Shown here: one piece after another, positions 10,946 to 21,110 of the stretch
How positions within the stretch are numbered: the first letter of the stretch is position 1
Layout: each line of letters begins with the position of its first letter
Source of the DNA: an uncultured Lachnospiraceae bacterium
GTDB taxonomy: Bacteria > Bacillota > Clostridia > Lachnospirales > Lachnospiraceae
Length of the DNA stretch: 64,000 nucleotides
Reading direction: 5' to 3'
Assembly: GCA_910585005.1 (NCBI GenBank)
Contig: CAJUCN010000007.1
Location: 37,289-101,288 of the forward strand
Position numbers and translations under genes: made by a program
Notes under the pieces: model-generated
Seen by the model: only the letters and a program-made list of their open reading frames with translations
What the model was told of the DNA's origin: nothing
Database searches by the model: none

Positions 10946-13165
10946 ATGAAAAAACGTCCGTTGGCATCGATTGGCCTGCTGCTGGTCTTATTGTTTTACC
11001 TGGCGGTGACGATGCAGGGCCTGCCCTCCCGGGCTGAATATGAAAGCCCCGGGGACAGGGTCTGCGCTTCCGGCAGAGTTTATCAAAAAGAACTTCGGCC
11101 CCAGGCCGGTGAAATGGTGCAGGTTTTGTATTTAAAAGATTTATCGGAAGAATCCCCTCCCGGAAAGGCGGCGGTCTGTTACTTAAAAAACGGGCAGGCG
11201 GAGCCGGAAATGGGGAGCTGGGTAAAAGTGGAAGGGGTCTACAAAAATTTTGAAAGGGCCTCTAACCCGGGACAATTTGATACCTATTCTTTTTATCTGA
11301 TATCTGGAATTTCTTATCGCCTGAATCAGGCTGTTATTCTGGAAAAAACAACGAAATACAACAAAGTGAGGGAAGGGATCTACTGTTTTAGGAGATTTTT
11401 GTCCCGAAAGCTGTCTGCATATCTTCCCCCAAAGGAGAGCGCCCTGATGAAAACGATCCTGTTAGGAGAAAAGGGAGAACTGGATCCTGAACTTAAGGAA
11501 TTATACCAGAGGAATGGGATAGCGCATCTTTTGGCAATCTCCGGTCTTCATGTGTCTATGCTGGGAATGGGGATATACCGGATACTTTGTAAGTGTGGTG
11601 TTCCCATGAAAATATCGGCGGGAGGGGCTTGTGTTTTGCTGGTCTTGTACGGTGTGATGACGGGATTTTCCGTGTCAGCCCTGCGGGCGATCCTTATGTT
11701 TTTGCTGCATATGCTGGCTGTCATGGCGGAAAGGACCTATGACTTACTAACCGCGCTTTCGGTGGCGGCAGTGAGCCTTTTGGTTGGGCAGCCCTTGTAT
11801 TTAAAGCACAGCGGATTTCTCTTTTCTTTTGGGTGCGTACTGGGAATTGCGGTTTTGACCCCTGCACTGACGGAGGGGAAAAGGGATCTTCTTCCGGGAA
11901 ACAAAATACTTACCAAAGGGATAAAGGGAGGTCTTTCGGCATTTTCTATGGGAGTGGCAACGCTTCCGGTCTACCTGTGGTATTATTATCAGTTCCCGGT
12001 GTGGTCTGTGCTGTTAAATTTGATGGTGATTCCGCTTATGAGTTATTTGATGGCAGCAGGGATCCTTTTGCTGATACTAAGTATCGTCTGCCCTTTAGCG
12101 ATTTGGCCGCTGGTATCTTTGATCCGGGGGATCTTTAAGATCTATGAGCTGGGATGCGGGGTCAACGAAACATTACCATTCCATCTTGTAAATTTTGGCA
12201 AACCACAAGGATGGCAGCTTCTTTTTTATCTTTTGATTCTCCTTCTGGTCGTCGGATTAAAAAAGAAGCTTACGCTGCCTGTAAAGTGGATGTTTACCTG
12301 CCTGGGAATTTTGTTGCTGGTCTACCGTCCTGGCGGTAAACTGACCGTAACCTTTTTGGATGTAGGGCAGGGGGATGGAATATTTATAGAAACGCCCCAA
12401 GGCAGCCATTTCCTGATCGACGGCGGAAGTTCATCGGTGGGAAATGTGGGAAAATACCGTCTTCTTCCTTTTCTCCGGTTTCAGGGGGTACAAAGCCTGG
12501 ATGCGGTTTTTGTCACTCACCCGGATACAGATCATTGCAATGGGGTGCAGGAGATTTTAGAGCAGGATACCGGGAGCGGCATAACCGTAAAGTGCCTGGC
12601 GCTGCCGGATATTGCAGGGGAAACCAAAAGCGATGGGTTTAGGAAACTGGAAGGGCTGGCGGAAGAAAGGGGTATTCCGGTGGTTTATTTGAGCCGGGGC
12701 CAGGAAATGGGGGAAGGAGAACTTACATTTACCTGTCTTCATCCTTCCAAGGGGTATCGAACAAAAGACACAAATGAATACTCGCTGGTCCTAAAGCTGA
12801 CATATCAAAATTTCAGCGCTCTTTTTACCGGAGATCTGGAAGGAGAAGGGGAGCAGGATTTTGAAAAGTATCAAGAAGGAAAAGCGGGGAACCGGGGGCA
12901 GCTTACGGTTTTAAAGGCTGCCCATCATGGTTCCGCATATTCCACAGGGACAGGGCTTTTGGAAGTTCTCATGCCGGCGTATACTGTGATCTCCTGCGGA
13001 AAACATAATTCCTACGGCCATCCCCACCAAGAACTGCTAAAACGGCTGGCAGATTGTGGAACAGAAATTTTGATTACCTATCAGACCGGCGCGGTGACGT
13101 TTCAAACGGACGGGGAACAGGTTTGGATCCAAACATTCCTGATAGAAGAGTTAGCGCCGGATTGA
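10946..13165 (+). CDS. comEC: DNA internalization competence protein ComEC/Rec2
   Basis: 739 aa polytopic protein with a competence-domain motif (IAHLLAISGLHV) and a C-terminal metallo-beta-lactamase domain (TFLDVGQGDGIFIE ... HHGS). Confidence 0.9.
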   Translation: MKKRPLASIGLLLVLLFYLAVTMQGLPSRAEYESPGDRVCASGRVYQKELRPQAGEMVQVLYLKDLSEESPPGKAAVCYLKNGQAEPEMGSWVKVEGVYKNFERASNPGQFDTYSFYLISGISYRLNQAVILEKTTKYNKVREGIYCFRRFLSRKLSAYLPPKESALMKTILLGEKGELDPELKELYQRNGIAHLLAISGLHVSMLGMGIYRILCKCGVPMKISAGGACVLLVLYGVMTGFSVSALRAILMFLLHMLAVMAERTYDLLTALSVAAVSLLVGQPLYLKHSGFLFSFGCVLGIAVLTPALTEGKRDLLPGNKILTKGIKGGLSAFSMGVATLPVYLWYYYQFPVWSVLLNLMVIPLMSYLMAAGILLLILSIVCPLAIWPLVSLIRGIFKIYELGCGVNETLPFHLVNFGKPQGWQLLFYLLILLLVVGLKKKLTLPVKWMFTCLGILLLVYRPGGKLTVTFLDVGQGDGIFIETPQGSHFLIDGGSSSVGNVGKYRLLPFLRFQGVQSLDAVFVTHPDTDHCNGVQEILEQDTGSGITVKCLALPDIAGETKSDGFRKLEGLAEERGIPVVYLSRGQEMGEGELTFTCLHPSKGYRTKDTNEYSLVLKLTYQNFSALFTGDLEGEGEQDFEKYQEGKAGNRGQLTVLKAAHHGSAYSTGTGLLEVLMPAYTVISCGKHNSYGHPHQELLKRLADCGTEILITYQTGAVTFQTDGEQVWIQTFLIEELAPD

Positions 13166-14074
13166 TGCTGCCATCCGGTGGTAAGTGTGGCGGATTCCGC
13201 GTATGGCTACAGAATAGGCCTGTATATTTTCGGGCAGGGACATTCCGGCATATCCGGCATCCCCCAGGTGGTGGATGTCTGTGCCAGTCATTTTACACAT
13301 CAGGGCAAGCTGGCGGATGGTATCCGTATGGGCGCCTTCCTGGGAAGTGCCGATTGCCGTGATGGTCAGTGCGCCCAGGCTATGGGCATAGCTGACCAGC
13401 TCTTTGATGTATTCCGTTGTGATACCCGGAACGGTGGCGGGGGCAGGAAATAAAAGAATATCGGCCCCGGCTTTCCGGAAACGTTTTACATCATCCTTTG
13501 TTATGATGCGCTCTGCAGCTTCTGACAACACTCCAGCAGCGTGCATTTTGCCCGCCGCTAAGATGATTTTATCACCCAAATGTTCTTTATATTGTTTCAG
13601 CGTATTTTCAATGGCTTCCTTGGATACGCCCATGCCCGGGTTTCCGGTCAGGAGGATCATATCCACTCCCATCTGACAGGCCCGGCGGGCGTTTTCCAAA
13701 GTGGCCCGCCTTCCCTGGGACATTTTCCATAGAGGATCGGTTTCTGCTTCTTCCCCAGGGGCCACTGGCTCTAAATTAATTCCCACAGGGCGCCCGGTCA
13801 GGCGTTTAACTAATCTTATGGTATCATCCGACTTCCCGGCCGGAAGTCCCTGGATTTCCGGCTGGTTAACGTCAAACATGTTTAAAAGCAGGATGTCGGC
13901 GCCTAAAGCTGAGACAAATTCTGCATTGGTGATATCGCCTAACATAGGACGTATCGTTCCGATGGTCTCGCAGGCTATGGTCCGTCCTTCGCTTTTTGCA
14001 ATTGCATCGAGCAGATCATATTTAGAAAAATTTTCAAAATCGGAAGAATAACAGTCTAGTATTCGTTTTGCCAT
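13151..14074 (-). CDS. Conserved hypothetical protein, alternating beta/alpha (TIM-barrel-like) pattern
   Basis: 307-aa intact ORF with an RBS. Its 3' end overlaps the comEC 3' end by 15 nt (convergent). I do not confidently recognise a family. Confidence 0.6.
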   Translation of the reverse strand: MAKRILDCYSSDFENFSKYDLLDAIAKSEGRTIACETIGTIRPMLGDITNAEFVSALGADILLLNMFDVNQPEIQGLPAGKSDDTIRLVKRLTGRPVGINLEPVAPGEEAETDPLWKMSQGRRATLENARRACQMGVDMILLTGNPGMGVSKEAIENTLKQYKEHLGDKIILAAGKMHAAGVLSEAAERIITKDDVKRFRKAGADILLFPAPATVPGITTEYIKELVSYAHSLGALTITAIGTSQEGAHTDTIRQLALMCKMTGTDIHHLGDAGYAGMSLPENIQAYSVAIRGIRHTYHRMAASIRR

Positions 14075-14277
14075 AAGAACTCCTTTTTGTCTAGTATTTG
14101 CTGTATTTCCACACTTATGCCATAAGGGTGGATAAATTTATAATAACATGGTAATTTGGCGGGGGCAACAATGACAGGATTGTGTATTGGTATTCGCTTT
14201 TTTTTAATTTTCGTGTATAATAGAAAATAGTACGGCGAAGGAAGAGGCCTTCGCGCTGGAAGAAATGGGGTATTGGT

Positions 14278-15366
14278 ATGCAAAGGATATTGGTAGTGGA
14301 CGATGTGGATTTAAACCGCGATTTACTGCGTAATATGCTGGAAGATGACTACTTGATCGAAATTGCGGAGGATGGGGAGAAGGCGCTGGAAAAGCTCCGG
14401 GAGTATACGGATCGTATTGCAGCGGTGTTGTTGGACTTACAGATGCCTAATAAAGATGGGTTTGCAGTTATCAGGGAGATGAAAAAAAGCGGGATGCTCC
14501 AGAAGATCCCGGTGCTTATCGTAAGCAGCGAACATGCCATAGAGGTGGAAAGCCAATGTCTTGCGCTTGGGGCGGCAGACTTTATCCATAAGCCTTTTGA
14601 GAGTTCCATTGTTCAAAACCGGATTAGAAACACGATCGAGTTGTTTAACGGGAAGAATCGGCTTGAGCAAAAGGTGGAGGAGCAGGAGGAAGCTTTAAGG
14701 AAGCAGGACCGGATCATCCAGTTACAGGCGGAAAAGCTGCAGGAGGCGGAGCCTTTTAACCGTCTGATGATGGAATACCGGGCAGCGATCATGGGGGTGG
14801 AAAACAGGCTTCGGGTATTAAATGAGGAATTTTCGCTGGAATATAACCGGAATCCCTTTGAGTCCATCAAAAGCAGGCTCAAGACGCCGGCAAGCATTTA
14901 CGAAAAAATGAGCCGGAAAGGGTATCCGGTCACGGTGGAAAGCATCAGGGAAAACTTAAAGGATGTGGCGGGAGTACGGGTGATCTGTTCTTTCCCGGAT
15001 GATATTTACCAGTTGGCGGAACTTTTGGTCAAGCAGGACAATATTACCCTTCTCGGAAGAAAAGATTACATTAAAAGTCCCAAGACAAACGGATACAGAA
15101 GCCTTCATCTTATCTTAAATGTACCGATTTTTTTGTCCAATGAAAAAAAATATATGAAGGTTGAGGTTCAATTCCGCACCATCGCCATGGACTTTTGGGC
15201 AAGCTTGGAACATAAGTTAAAATATAAAAAGGATATTGATAATGCAGAGGAGATCGTAGGGCTTTTGAAGAACTGTGCCGATTCCATCGTGATGCTGGAT
15301 TATCAGATGCAGGAGATCAGGGATAAGATCGAAAGTTCCAAGGAAAATAAACGAAGAGAAATTTAA
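14278..15366 (+). CDS. Response-regulator receiver domain fused to a RelA/SpoT-type small alarmone synthetase
   Basis: The N-terminus is a REC domain (VVDDVDLNR ... LLDLQMPNKDG ... KP). The C-terminus has the SAS core (GVRVICSF, GYRSLHLIL, EVQFRTIAMDFWASLEHKLKYK). Confidence 0.85.
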   Translation: MQRILVVDDVDLNRDLLRNMLEDDYLIEIAEDGEKALEKLREYTDRIAAVLLDLQMPNKDGFAVIREMKKSGMLQKIPVLIVSSEHAIEVESQCLALGAADFIHKPFESSIVQNRIRNTIELFNGKNRLEQKVEEQEEALRKQDRIIQLQAEKLQEAEPFNRLMMEYRAAIMGVENRLRVLNEEFSLEYNRNPFESIKSRLKTPASIYEKMSRKGYPVTVESIRENLKDVAGVRVICSFPDDIYQLAELLVKQDNITLLGRKDYIKSPKTNGYRSLHLILNVPIFLSNEKKYMKVEVQFRTIAMDFWASLEHKLKYKKDIDNAEEIVGLLKNCADSIVMLDYQMQEIRDKIESSKENKRREI

Positions 15367-15407
15367 AGTTTCAAAAAGAAGAAGGCCAGGCGTTAAGGGA
15401 GAGAAGA

Positions 15408-16388
15408 TTGCAGCGTTTAAATCAGGATATCAAAACGGGACAACTGAATCATATTTACCTGCTCTACGGGGAAGAGGCGTATTTGCAAAAGCAGTACAGG
15501 GACAGGCTTAAGGCAGCGATTATTGGTGATGATACCATGAATTATCACTATTATGAAGGAAAGAACCTATCTGTAGGGGAGGTGATCGACCAGGCGGAGA
15601 CAATGCCTTTTTTTGCAGATAAAAGGCTGATTGTATTGGAAAATACCGGGCTTTTTAAAAGCGGCGGGGAAGAGCTTGCGGAATATTTGAAAACACCTGC
15701 CCCGACCGTTTACTTTCTTTTGGTGGAGAAAGAGGTGGATAAGCGCAGCAAGCTTTACAAAGCAGTCTCTGCCAAGGGATGTGCCGTGGAATTTGGCATT
15801 CAGGATGAAAATACGTTGAAACGCTGGATACTGGGGATGATGAAGAGGGAAAATAAAAAAATTTCTGAGGCGTCCCTGGAGTTTCTACTGGAAATGACTG
15901 GCACGGATATGGAAAATATCAAGAAGGAGACGGAAAAACTTTTTTCGTATTGTTTGGATAAAGAAGCCATCACACAAGAAGACATCGGGCAGATCTGTAC
16001 CAAAAGGATTTCCAGCCACATTTTTGATATGATAAACGCCATTGCCGACAGGAAACAAAAAAAGGCGTTGGAGCTTTATTATGAACTGTTGGCGTTAAAA
16101 GAGCCGCCTATGCGGATCTTGTTTCTGATCACCAGGCAGTTTAACCTTCTTTTGCAGGTAAAAGAACTTGCGGGAAAGGGATACCAGGGCAGGGCAATCG
16201 GGGAGAAAGTAGGGCTTCCGGGATTTGTCGCAGGAAAGTATGTAACCCAGGCTTCCCGGTTTCAAAAAGAGGAACTTCGGGAAACGGTGGAAGCCTGCGT
16301 GGAGGCAGAAGAAGCAGTAAAGACAGGCAGGATGAACGATAACATGAGTGTGGAGCTTTTGATCGTGAAATATAGCAGTAACCGATAA
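15408..16388 (+). CDS. holA: DNA polymerase III delta subunit
   Basis: 326 aa with a typical HolA N-terminus (YLLYGEEAYL). TTG start preceded by AAGGGAGAG. Confidence 0.8.
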   Translation: MQRLNQDIKTGQLNHIYLLYGEEAYLQKQYRDRLKAAIIGDDTMNYHYYEGKNLSVGEVIDQAETMPFFADKRLIVLENTGLFKSGGEELAEYLKTPAPTVYFLLVEKEVDKRSKLYKAVSAKGCAVEFGIQDENTLKRWILGMMKRENKKISEASLEFLLEMTGTDMENIKKETEKLFSYCLDKEAITQEDIGQICTKRISSHIFDMINAIADRKQKKALELYYELLALKEPPMRILFLITRQFNLLLQVKELAGKGYQGRAIGEKVGLPGFVAGKYVTQASRFQKEELRETVEACVEAEEAVKTGRMNDNMSVELLIVKYSSNR

Positions 16389-16412
16389 AGAATGAAAGGA
16401 TGGGAATCAGGT

Positions 16413-16865
16413 ATGAGTATGATCGATGAGGTAAGAGGCCAGATGGTGGAGGCCATGAAAAGTAAGGATAAGCCAAGGAAGGATGCCCTTTCCATGCTGC
16501 TTTCCGCTTTGAAAAACAAGGCCATTGATAAACGGGAGGATCTGACACAGGCGGAAGAGTTTGAGGTAGTCAAAAAGGAAATGAAGCAGACCAAAGAAAC
16601 CATGGAGCTTGCCCCGGAAGACCGTGAGGATGTGAAAGAAGCCTGCCGTATCAGGCTTAGCGTATACCAGGAGTTTGCGCCGGAGGAGATGAGTGAGGAT
16701 GCAATCAGGGAGACGGTTAAGCAGGCGCTTGAAAGTCTTGGAATCACAGAACCTTCCGGAAAAGATAAGGGCAAGGTGATGAAGGAGTTGATGCCTAAGG
16801 TAAAAGGCAGGGCCGATGGAGGGCTGGTGAATAAAATTGTGGGGGAAATGCTGGGCGGAATATGA
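16413..16865 (+). CDS. GatB/YqeY domain protein
   Basis: The MSMIDEVRGQMVEAMKSKD... N-terminus is typical of YqeY. I prefer internal ATG 16413 to the tracked 16392. Confidence 0.8.
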   Translation: MSMIDEVRGQMVEAMKSKDKPRKDALSMLLSALKNKAIDKREDLTQAEEFEVVKKEMKQTKETMELAPEDREDVKEACRIRLSVYQEFAPEEMSEDAIRETVKQALESLGITEPSGKDKGKVMKELMPKVKGRADGGLVNKIVGEMLGGI

Positions 16866-17341
16866 AAAGTGCATTGACTACCCTGTGCTACATGGAAAAG
16901 GACGGAAAGTACCTGATGCTGCACAGGGTTTCCAAAAAGAAGGATGTAAATAAGGATAAATGGATTGGCGTAGGCGGGCATTTTGAAGCCGGGGAAAGCC
17001 CGGAGGACTGTCTGCTCCGCGAGGTGAAGGAAGAGACCGGCCTGACGCTTACAAGCTGGCAGTTCCGGGGGATTGTGACTTTTTGTTATAGTGATGATCC
17101 GGCGGAGTATATGTGCCTGTATACTGCGGATGAGTTTGTGGGAACGCTGACGGACTGTAAAGAAGGGGTGCTGGAATGGGTTCCAAGGGATCAGATAAGG
17201 AGCTTGAACCTGTGGAAGGGCGACCTTTTGTTTTTTGACTTGATAGAAAAGGAAACTCCCTTTTTTTCTCTGAAATTATGCTATTATGAGGATGGAACCT
17301 TATACCAGGCGATCCTTGACGGGAAAGAGTTGGAAATATAA
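16862..17341 (+). CDS. NUDIX hydrolase (MutT-like)
   Basis: Has the Nudix box GGHFEAGESPEDCLLREVKEETGL. Its ATGA overlaps the upstream gene. Confidence 0.85.
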   Translation: MKSALTTLCYMEKDGKYLMLHRVSKKKDVNKDKWIGVGGHFEAGESPEDCLLREVKEETGLTLTSWQFRGIVTFCYSDDPAEYMCLYTADEFVGTLTDCKEGVLEWVPRDQIRSLNLWKGDLLFFDLIEKETPFFSLKLCYYEDGTLYQAILDGKELEI

Positions 17342-17344
17342 AGA

Positions 17345-19396
17345 ATGGAAAAAAGGAAATGGCAGAAACTAGGGTCGGCGATGCTTTTGGCGTCTCTGGC
17401 GCTGGTATGTATGGGAATTGGAAAGCGGGAAACGGGCGTTAAGATTATGGCCTGCAAAGCTATTTATAGTGAGAAAAAGGATGGGGATGAAACCGTCCTT
17501 GCGATTGGAAACCTTACCATCAGGCTTCCGGCAGGGTGGCAGGCGGAAAAACGCGGAGAAGGCGCTGCTACCCAATACATTTTGCGGGATACCCATTCTT
17601 GGTGTGAAGATGAGGAAGTGGAAAAGCATAAAGAGGGCTATGAGCATGAGATTGTGATCACGCCCTATGTCATTTCCGGGATGCCGGAAGATACATTGGA
17701 ATTGGCAGCAGAAGTGAGGGAATACTTCCCCACTTCTGTTTTGTATGGAATCCCTGGCAGCGGCAGGGAAAAGGAAGCAGAGGGCTGCCTGATGTACGGG
17801 GAAAACCGGGATACAGAAGAAAAAGAGTATTTTCTTTTTTTGGGAAAAGGCTCCAAAAGACATCTGTTCCATGTCAGGGAAAGCAGCATTTATGCGTATA
17901 CAAACCAGGTGGAAAGTTTTGGTGATTTCCTGTACTATGGGCTGGTGCAGGCGGACGGGGAAAAGGATGTTAAGGACGGTCGTTCTTATGACGGCCAAAG
18001 AGAGTATTATTTTTGGGTGAACCGTAAACAGGAAAAGCCTTTATTTGTTGTGATGAAAGGCAGTACGGGGGAAGAGGCAGGAACGGTCACCGTTTATCAG
18101 AAGGGGGATTATGGATCCCCATTGGCAAGCCAGCGGGTAAAAGAATTATATCCGGGGCAGATGGAGATTGTTGATGTAGATCAAGATGGAAACGGGGATT
18201 TTTTGTGCAGGTATTGGCTGATGGATCCGCTGCGTTCCCTGGATTTTGCGGATGAAGAGGATTTTGACGGTTATTTGTGGGATGAAGGGCGGAAAAACTT
18301 TGTCTATACAAACGGCGCAAAGATGCTTAGCCGATATGGCGGGATATGGGAAGAGCAAAGAAACAGGCAGGGTTCTTCAGAGGGGGCGGAAAAAATCCCG
18401 GAGAGCCTGAAAGAATATCTGTCCGGATGCCTGCTGTCAGACAGGGAAAAACTGCGCGATGCTATGCTTCCCCTTGTTTCGGACCGGGAACTGGATTTTG
18501 CGGAAGTGAAGGAACTGGCGGAGGATAACCCTGCCATTAGAAATGAAATGCAAAGGATTGCAGCTACTTACGATGGATCCGGGGTGTGGCTTATGGTGGA
18601 TGCGGATAATGACGGGATAGAAGACGTTTACCTCTGCGAATTTTTAGGCGGCACGTTAGGGAGTGTTTCTTACCATCTGTTTAAGGGGGATGGGGACGGA
18701 AGTTACGAACTGACAAACAAGCTGGAAGAACTTAAGGAGGAATTTGCCTTTTTGGAATGGGAAGGCAGGAATTATCTGGCAAGGACCACATGGGATTTTA
18801 CCAAGAAGGTATACAACGGGGTTTTACTGGGATGCTATGAGGAGGGGGTTTTTCAGGGCGGCGTCTGGCTTTCCATCACGCCAAAAGAAGGGAAGGATGG
18901 ACGGGAGATGGAGACGTCTTATTTAAAAGATGAGAAATACCGGGATCTGGAAAAAGGGCTTATCAAGCTGGCAAAGGAATATCGGTCAGAGGACAGGATA
19001 GGACCCGGAACGGCGGAATCGGAAGATGAGGGGGAGGAGTATCGGAGAAGCTGTGATATTGACAATGACGGGAACAAGGAGCGGTATCGGGTAAGCCTTT
19101 GGCAGACCACCAATTATTACACAGTTGATCAGATAAGCTTTCATGCGATGGAGGAAGGGATCAACGACCGGGTATGGGAATTGATCAATGAAGAAGAAAA
19201 CAACGGGATCCCGAAAAACCTTTGGGTAGATGAAACAAGATACGGAAATGTCATTTATCTTTTATCCGAGGAGGGACTGTATGATTTCCATATCTGCGGC
19301 TGGCTTTTGTCAGAGACAGGGCAGGAAAAGCTGATCCAGGTAACCTGCCGGGTGCAGAGGGAGGTTACGGAAGAAGTGATGGCAGTAAGGCAGTAA
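17345..19396 (+). CDS. Large secreted/anchored hypothetical protein with DxDxDG-type motifs
   Basis: 683 aa with an N-terminal signal/anchor. Contains three motifs, DVDQDGNGDF, DADNDGIEDVY and DIDNDGNKE, which are FG-GAP / Ca-binding-loop-like. Confidence 0.6.
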   Translation: MEKRKWQKLGSAMLLASLALVCMGIGKRETGVKIMACKAIYSEKKDGDETVLAIGNLTIRLPAGWQAEKRGEGAATQYILRDTHSWCEDEEVEKHKEGYEHEIVITPYVISGMPEDTLELAAEVREYFPTSVLYGIPGSGREKEAEGCLMYGENRDTEEKEYFLFLGKGSKRHLFHVRESSIYAYTNQVESFGDFLYYGLVQADGEKDVKDGRSYDGQREYYFWVNRKQEKPLFVVMKGSTGEEAGTVTVYQKGDYGSPLASQRVKELYPGQMEIVDVDQDGNGDFLCRYWLMDPLRSLDFADEEDFDGYLWDEGRKNFVYTNGAKMLSRYGGIWEEQRNRQGSSEGAEKIPESLKEYLSGCLLSDREKLRDAMLPLVSDRELDFAEVKELAEDNPAIRNEMQRIAATYDGSGVWLMVDADNDGIEDVYLCEFLGGTLGSVSYHLFKGDGDGSYELTNKLEELKEEFAFLEWEGRNYLARTTWDFTKKVYNGVLLGCYEEGVFQGGVWLSITPKEGKDGREMETSYLKDEKYRDLEKGLIKLAKEYRSEDRIGPGTAESEDEGEEYRRSCDIDNDGNKERYRVSLWQTTNYYTVDQISFHAMEEGINDRVWELINEEENNGIPKNLWVDETRYGNVIYLLSEEGLYDFHICGWLLSETGQEKLIQVTCRVQREVTEEVMAVRQ

Positions 19397-19407
19397 GGGA
19401 GGAAGTT

Positions 19408-20052
19408 ATGACGATTTTGATCGTAGAAGACGACAGGCCGTTAAATGACGGCATTGCCTTATCGCTTGGCGGGGCAAGGACTTTACAGGCATATAACTTA
19501 AAAGAAGCGCGGGTTTTGTTAAAAGAAGCCATAGACCTTATACTTTTGGACGTGAACCTTCCGGATGGAAGCGGGTTTGATTTTTGTAAGGAAATCCGGT
19601 CTTTTTCCACTTTGCCTGTGATATTTCTTACTGCAAATGACATGGAGCTTGATATAGTGGCGGGCTTTGCCCAAGGAGCGGATGATTATATCACCAAGCC
19701 CTTTTCGCTGGCGGTGCTCCGGGCGCGGATTGATGCCGTTATGCGGCGGCATGAACCTGCGGCTTGTGTGTATGAGCAGGAGGGATTTTTCTTTGATTTT
19801 GACAATATGATCTTTAAAGTGGGGGAAACCCCGGTCAATTTAAGCAAGACAGAGCAGAAGCTTTTAAAGCTTTTGGTGACAAACCGGGGAATCACCCTTT
19901 CCCGGGATAAGCTTATGGACCGGATCTGGACGGACGGGGCTGAGTTCGTGGAGGAAAATGCGCTTTCCGTGACCATAGGGCGGCTGCGCCAGAAATTAGG
20001 CGGGGCGCCGATCAAGACGGTTTACGGGATTGGTTATGTCTGGGAGCGGTGA
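19408..20052 (+). CDS. OmpR-family response regulator (Bce-like module)
   Basis: REC domain plus winged helix. RBS is GGGAGGAAG. Confidence 0.9.
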   Translation: MTILIVEDDRPLNDGIALSLGGARTLQAYNLKEARVLLKEAIDLILLDVNLPDGSGFDFCKEIRSFSTLPVIFLTANDMELDIVAGFAQGADDYITKPFSLAVLRARIDAVMRRHEPAACVYEQEGFFFDFDNMIFKVGETPVNLSKTEQKLLKLLVTNRGITLSRDKLMDRIWTDGAEFVEENALSVTIGRLRQKLGGAPIKTVYGIGYVWER

Positions 20053-20076
20053 TTGGGTCACATAGGGAGGATTCTT

Positions 20077-20964
20077 ATGTTTTGGGTATGCGTTATGTGT
20101 GTGATCGTTCTTATCTGTGGGGTGGCCTGTTTCTATGCAAAGACATCGGCGATCCTTAATCATATAGATGAAATGATAGATCAGGCGATAGAAGGAACTT
20201 TAACGGAAAATGAGTTTTCCGAAAAAAAGGCGTCCAGGATCGAGGCAAAGCTTTACCGGTTCCTCCATGCGGGAAAGATGGACAGGCAACAGGCGGTGAA
20301 GGAAAGGGATTCCATCAAGAGCCTGATCAGTGATATTTCCCACCAGACAAAGACGCCTGTGGCAAACATCCTGCTTTATACCCAGTTATTGGATGAAAGG
20401 GGTGTTTTGGGGGAAGAAGAAAAAAAGCTTCTGTCCCGTATCTCTTCCCAGACAGAAAAGCTGGACTTCCTGATCCAGGCTTTGGTCAAGCTTTCCCGGC
20501 TGGAAAACGGGATCATTGCAGTGTTGCCTAAGCGGGACAGTGTGGAAGAGCTGGTTGGGGAGATTGACTTTGGGGCGGCAATCACCAAGGGGATTTCCTT
20601 TTCCGTGGAACATACGCCGGGGCTTACCGCGTTGTTTGACCGCAAGTGGACGGCCGAGGCGCTAGGGAACCTGGTGGATAATGCGGTAAAATACACACCT
20701 TCCGGGGGCAGGATCCGGGTAAGCGCCAAAGCCTATGAAATGTTTGTCTGTATCGAGGTGGCCGATGACGGCATGGGGATCGAGGAAGAAGAAACGGCAA
20801 AAATTTTCCAGCGTTTTTACCGTTCCCAACAGGCAGCGGAGGAAAAGGGCGTGGGGATAGGGCTTTATCTTACACGGGAGATCATCAGGGAGCAGGGCGG
20901 ATATGTGAAAGTGGCATCCAGCCCCGGAGAGGGATCCGTGTTTTCAGTTTATCTGCCCAGATAG
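20077..20964 (+). CDS. Intramembrane-sensing type histidine kinase
   Basis: Has a short hydrophobic N-terminus with no sensor loop, an H-box ISDISHQTKTPV and an HATPase domain. I prefer ATG 20077 (RBS GGGAGG, 8 nt upstream) to the TTG at 20053. Confidence 0.85.
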   Translation: MFWVCVMCVIVLICGVACFYAKTSAILNHIDEMIDQAIEGTLTENEFSEKKASRIEAKLYRFLHAGKMDRQQAVKERDSIKSLISDISHQTKTPVANILLYTQLLDERGVLGEEEKKLLSRISSQTEKLDFLIQALVKLSRLENGIIAVLPKRDSVEELVGEIDFGAAITKGISFSVEHTPGLTALFDRKWTAEALGNLVDNAVKYTPSGGRIRVSAKAYEMFVCIEVADDGMGIEEEETAKIFQRFYRSQQAAEEKGVGIGLYLTREIIREQGGYVKVASSPGEGSVFSVYLPR

Positions 20965-20996
20965 CAGTTTTTGAGTGAATAACATAAAGAAAATAT

Positions 20997-21020
20997 GCGG
21001 CTGCCCTGGCCGCTATTTTT
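20997..21020 (+). terminator. Weak intrinsic terminator after the kinase
   Basis: GCGGCT / GGCCGC stem followed by TATTTTT. Confidence 0.5.
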
Positions 21021-21041
21021 GTCTGCAAATCTGTCAAAACT

Positions 21042-21072
21042 GTTAGAATCCGGAAAGAATTGAGTTAGAATC
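21042..21072 (+). promoter_or_regulatory. Direct repeat GTTAGAATC x2 (22-bp period) upstream of the ABC genes
   Basis: Exact 9-mers at 21042-21050 and 21064-21072, just upstream of a TATAGT -10-like box at 21079-21084. Confidence 0.35.
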
Positions 21073-21110
21073 TTAGCCTATAGTTATTGTTAAAAGGAGG
21101 CATAAATCAT

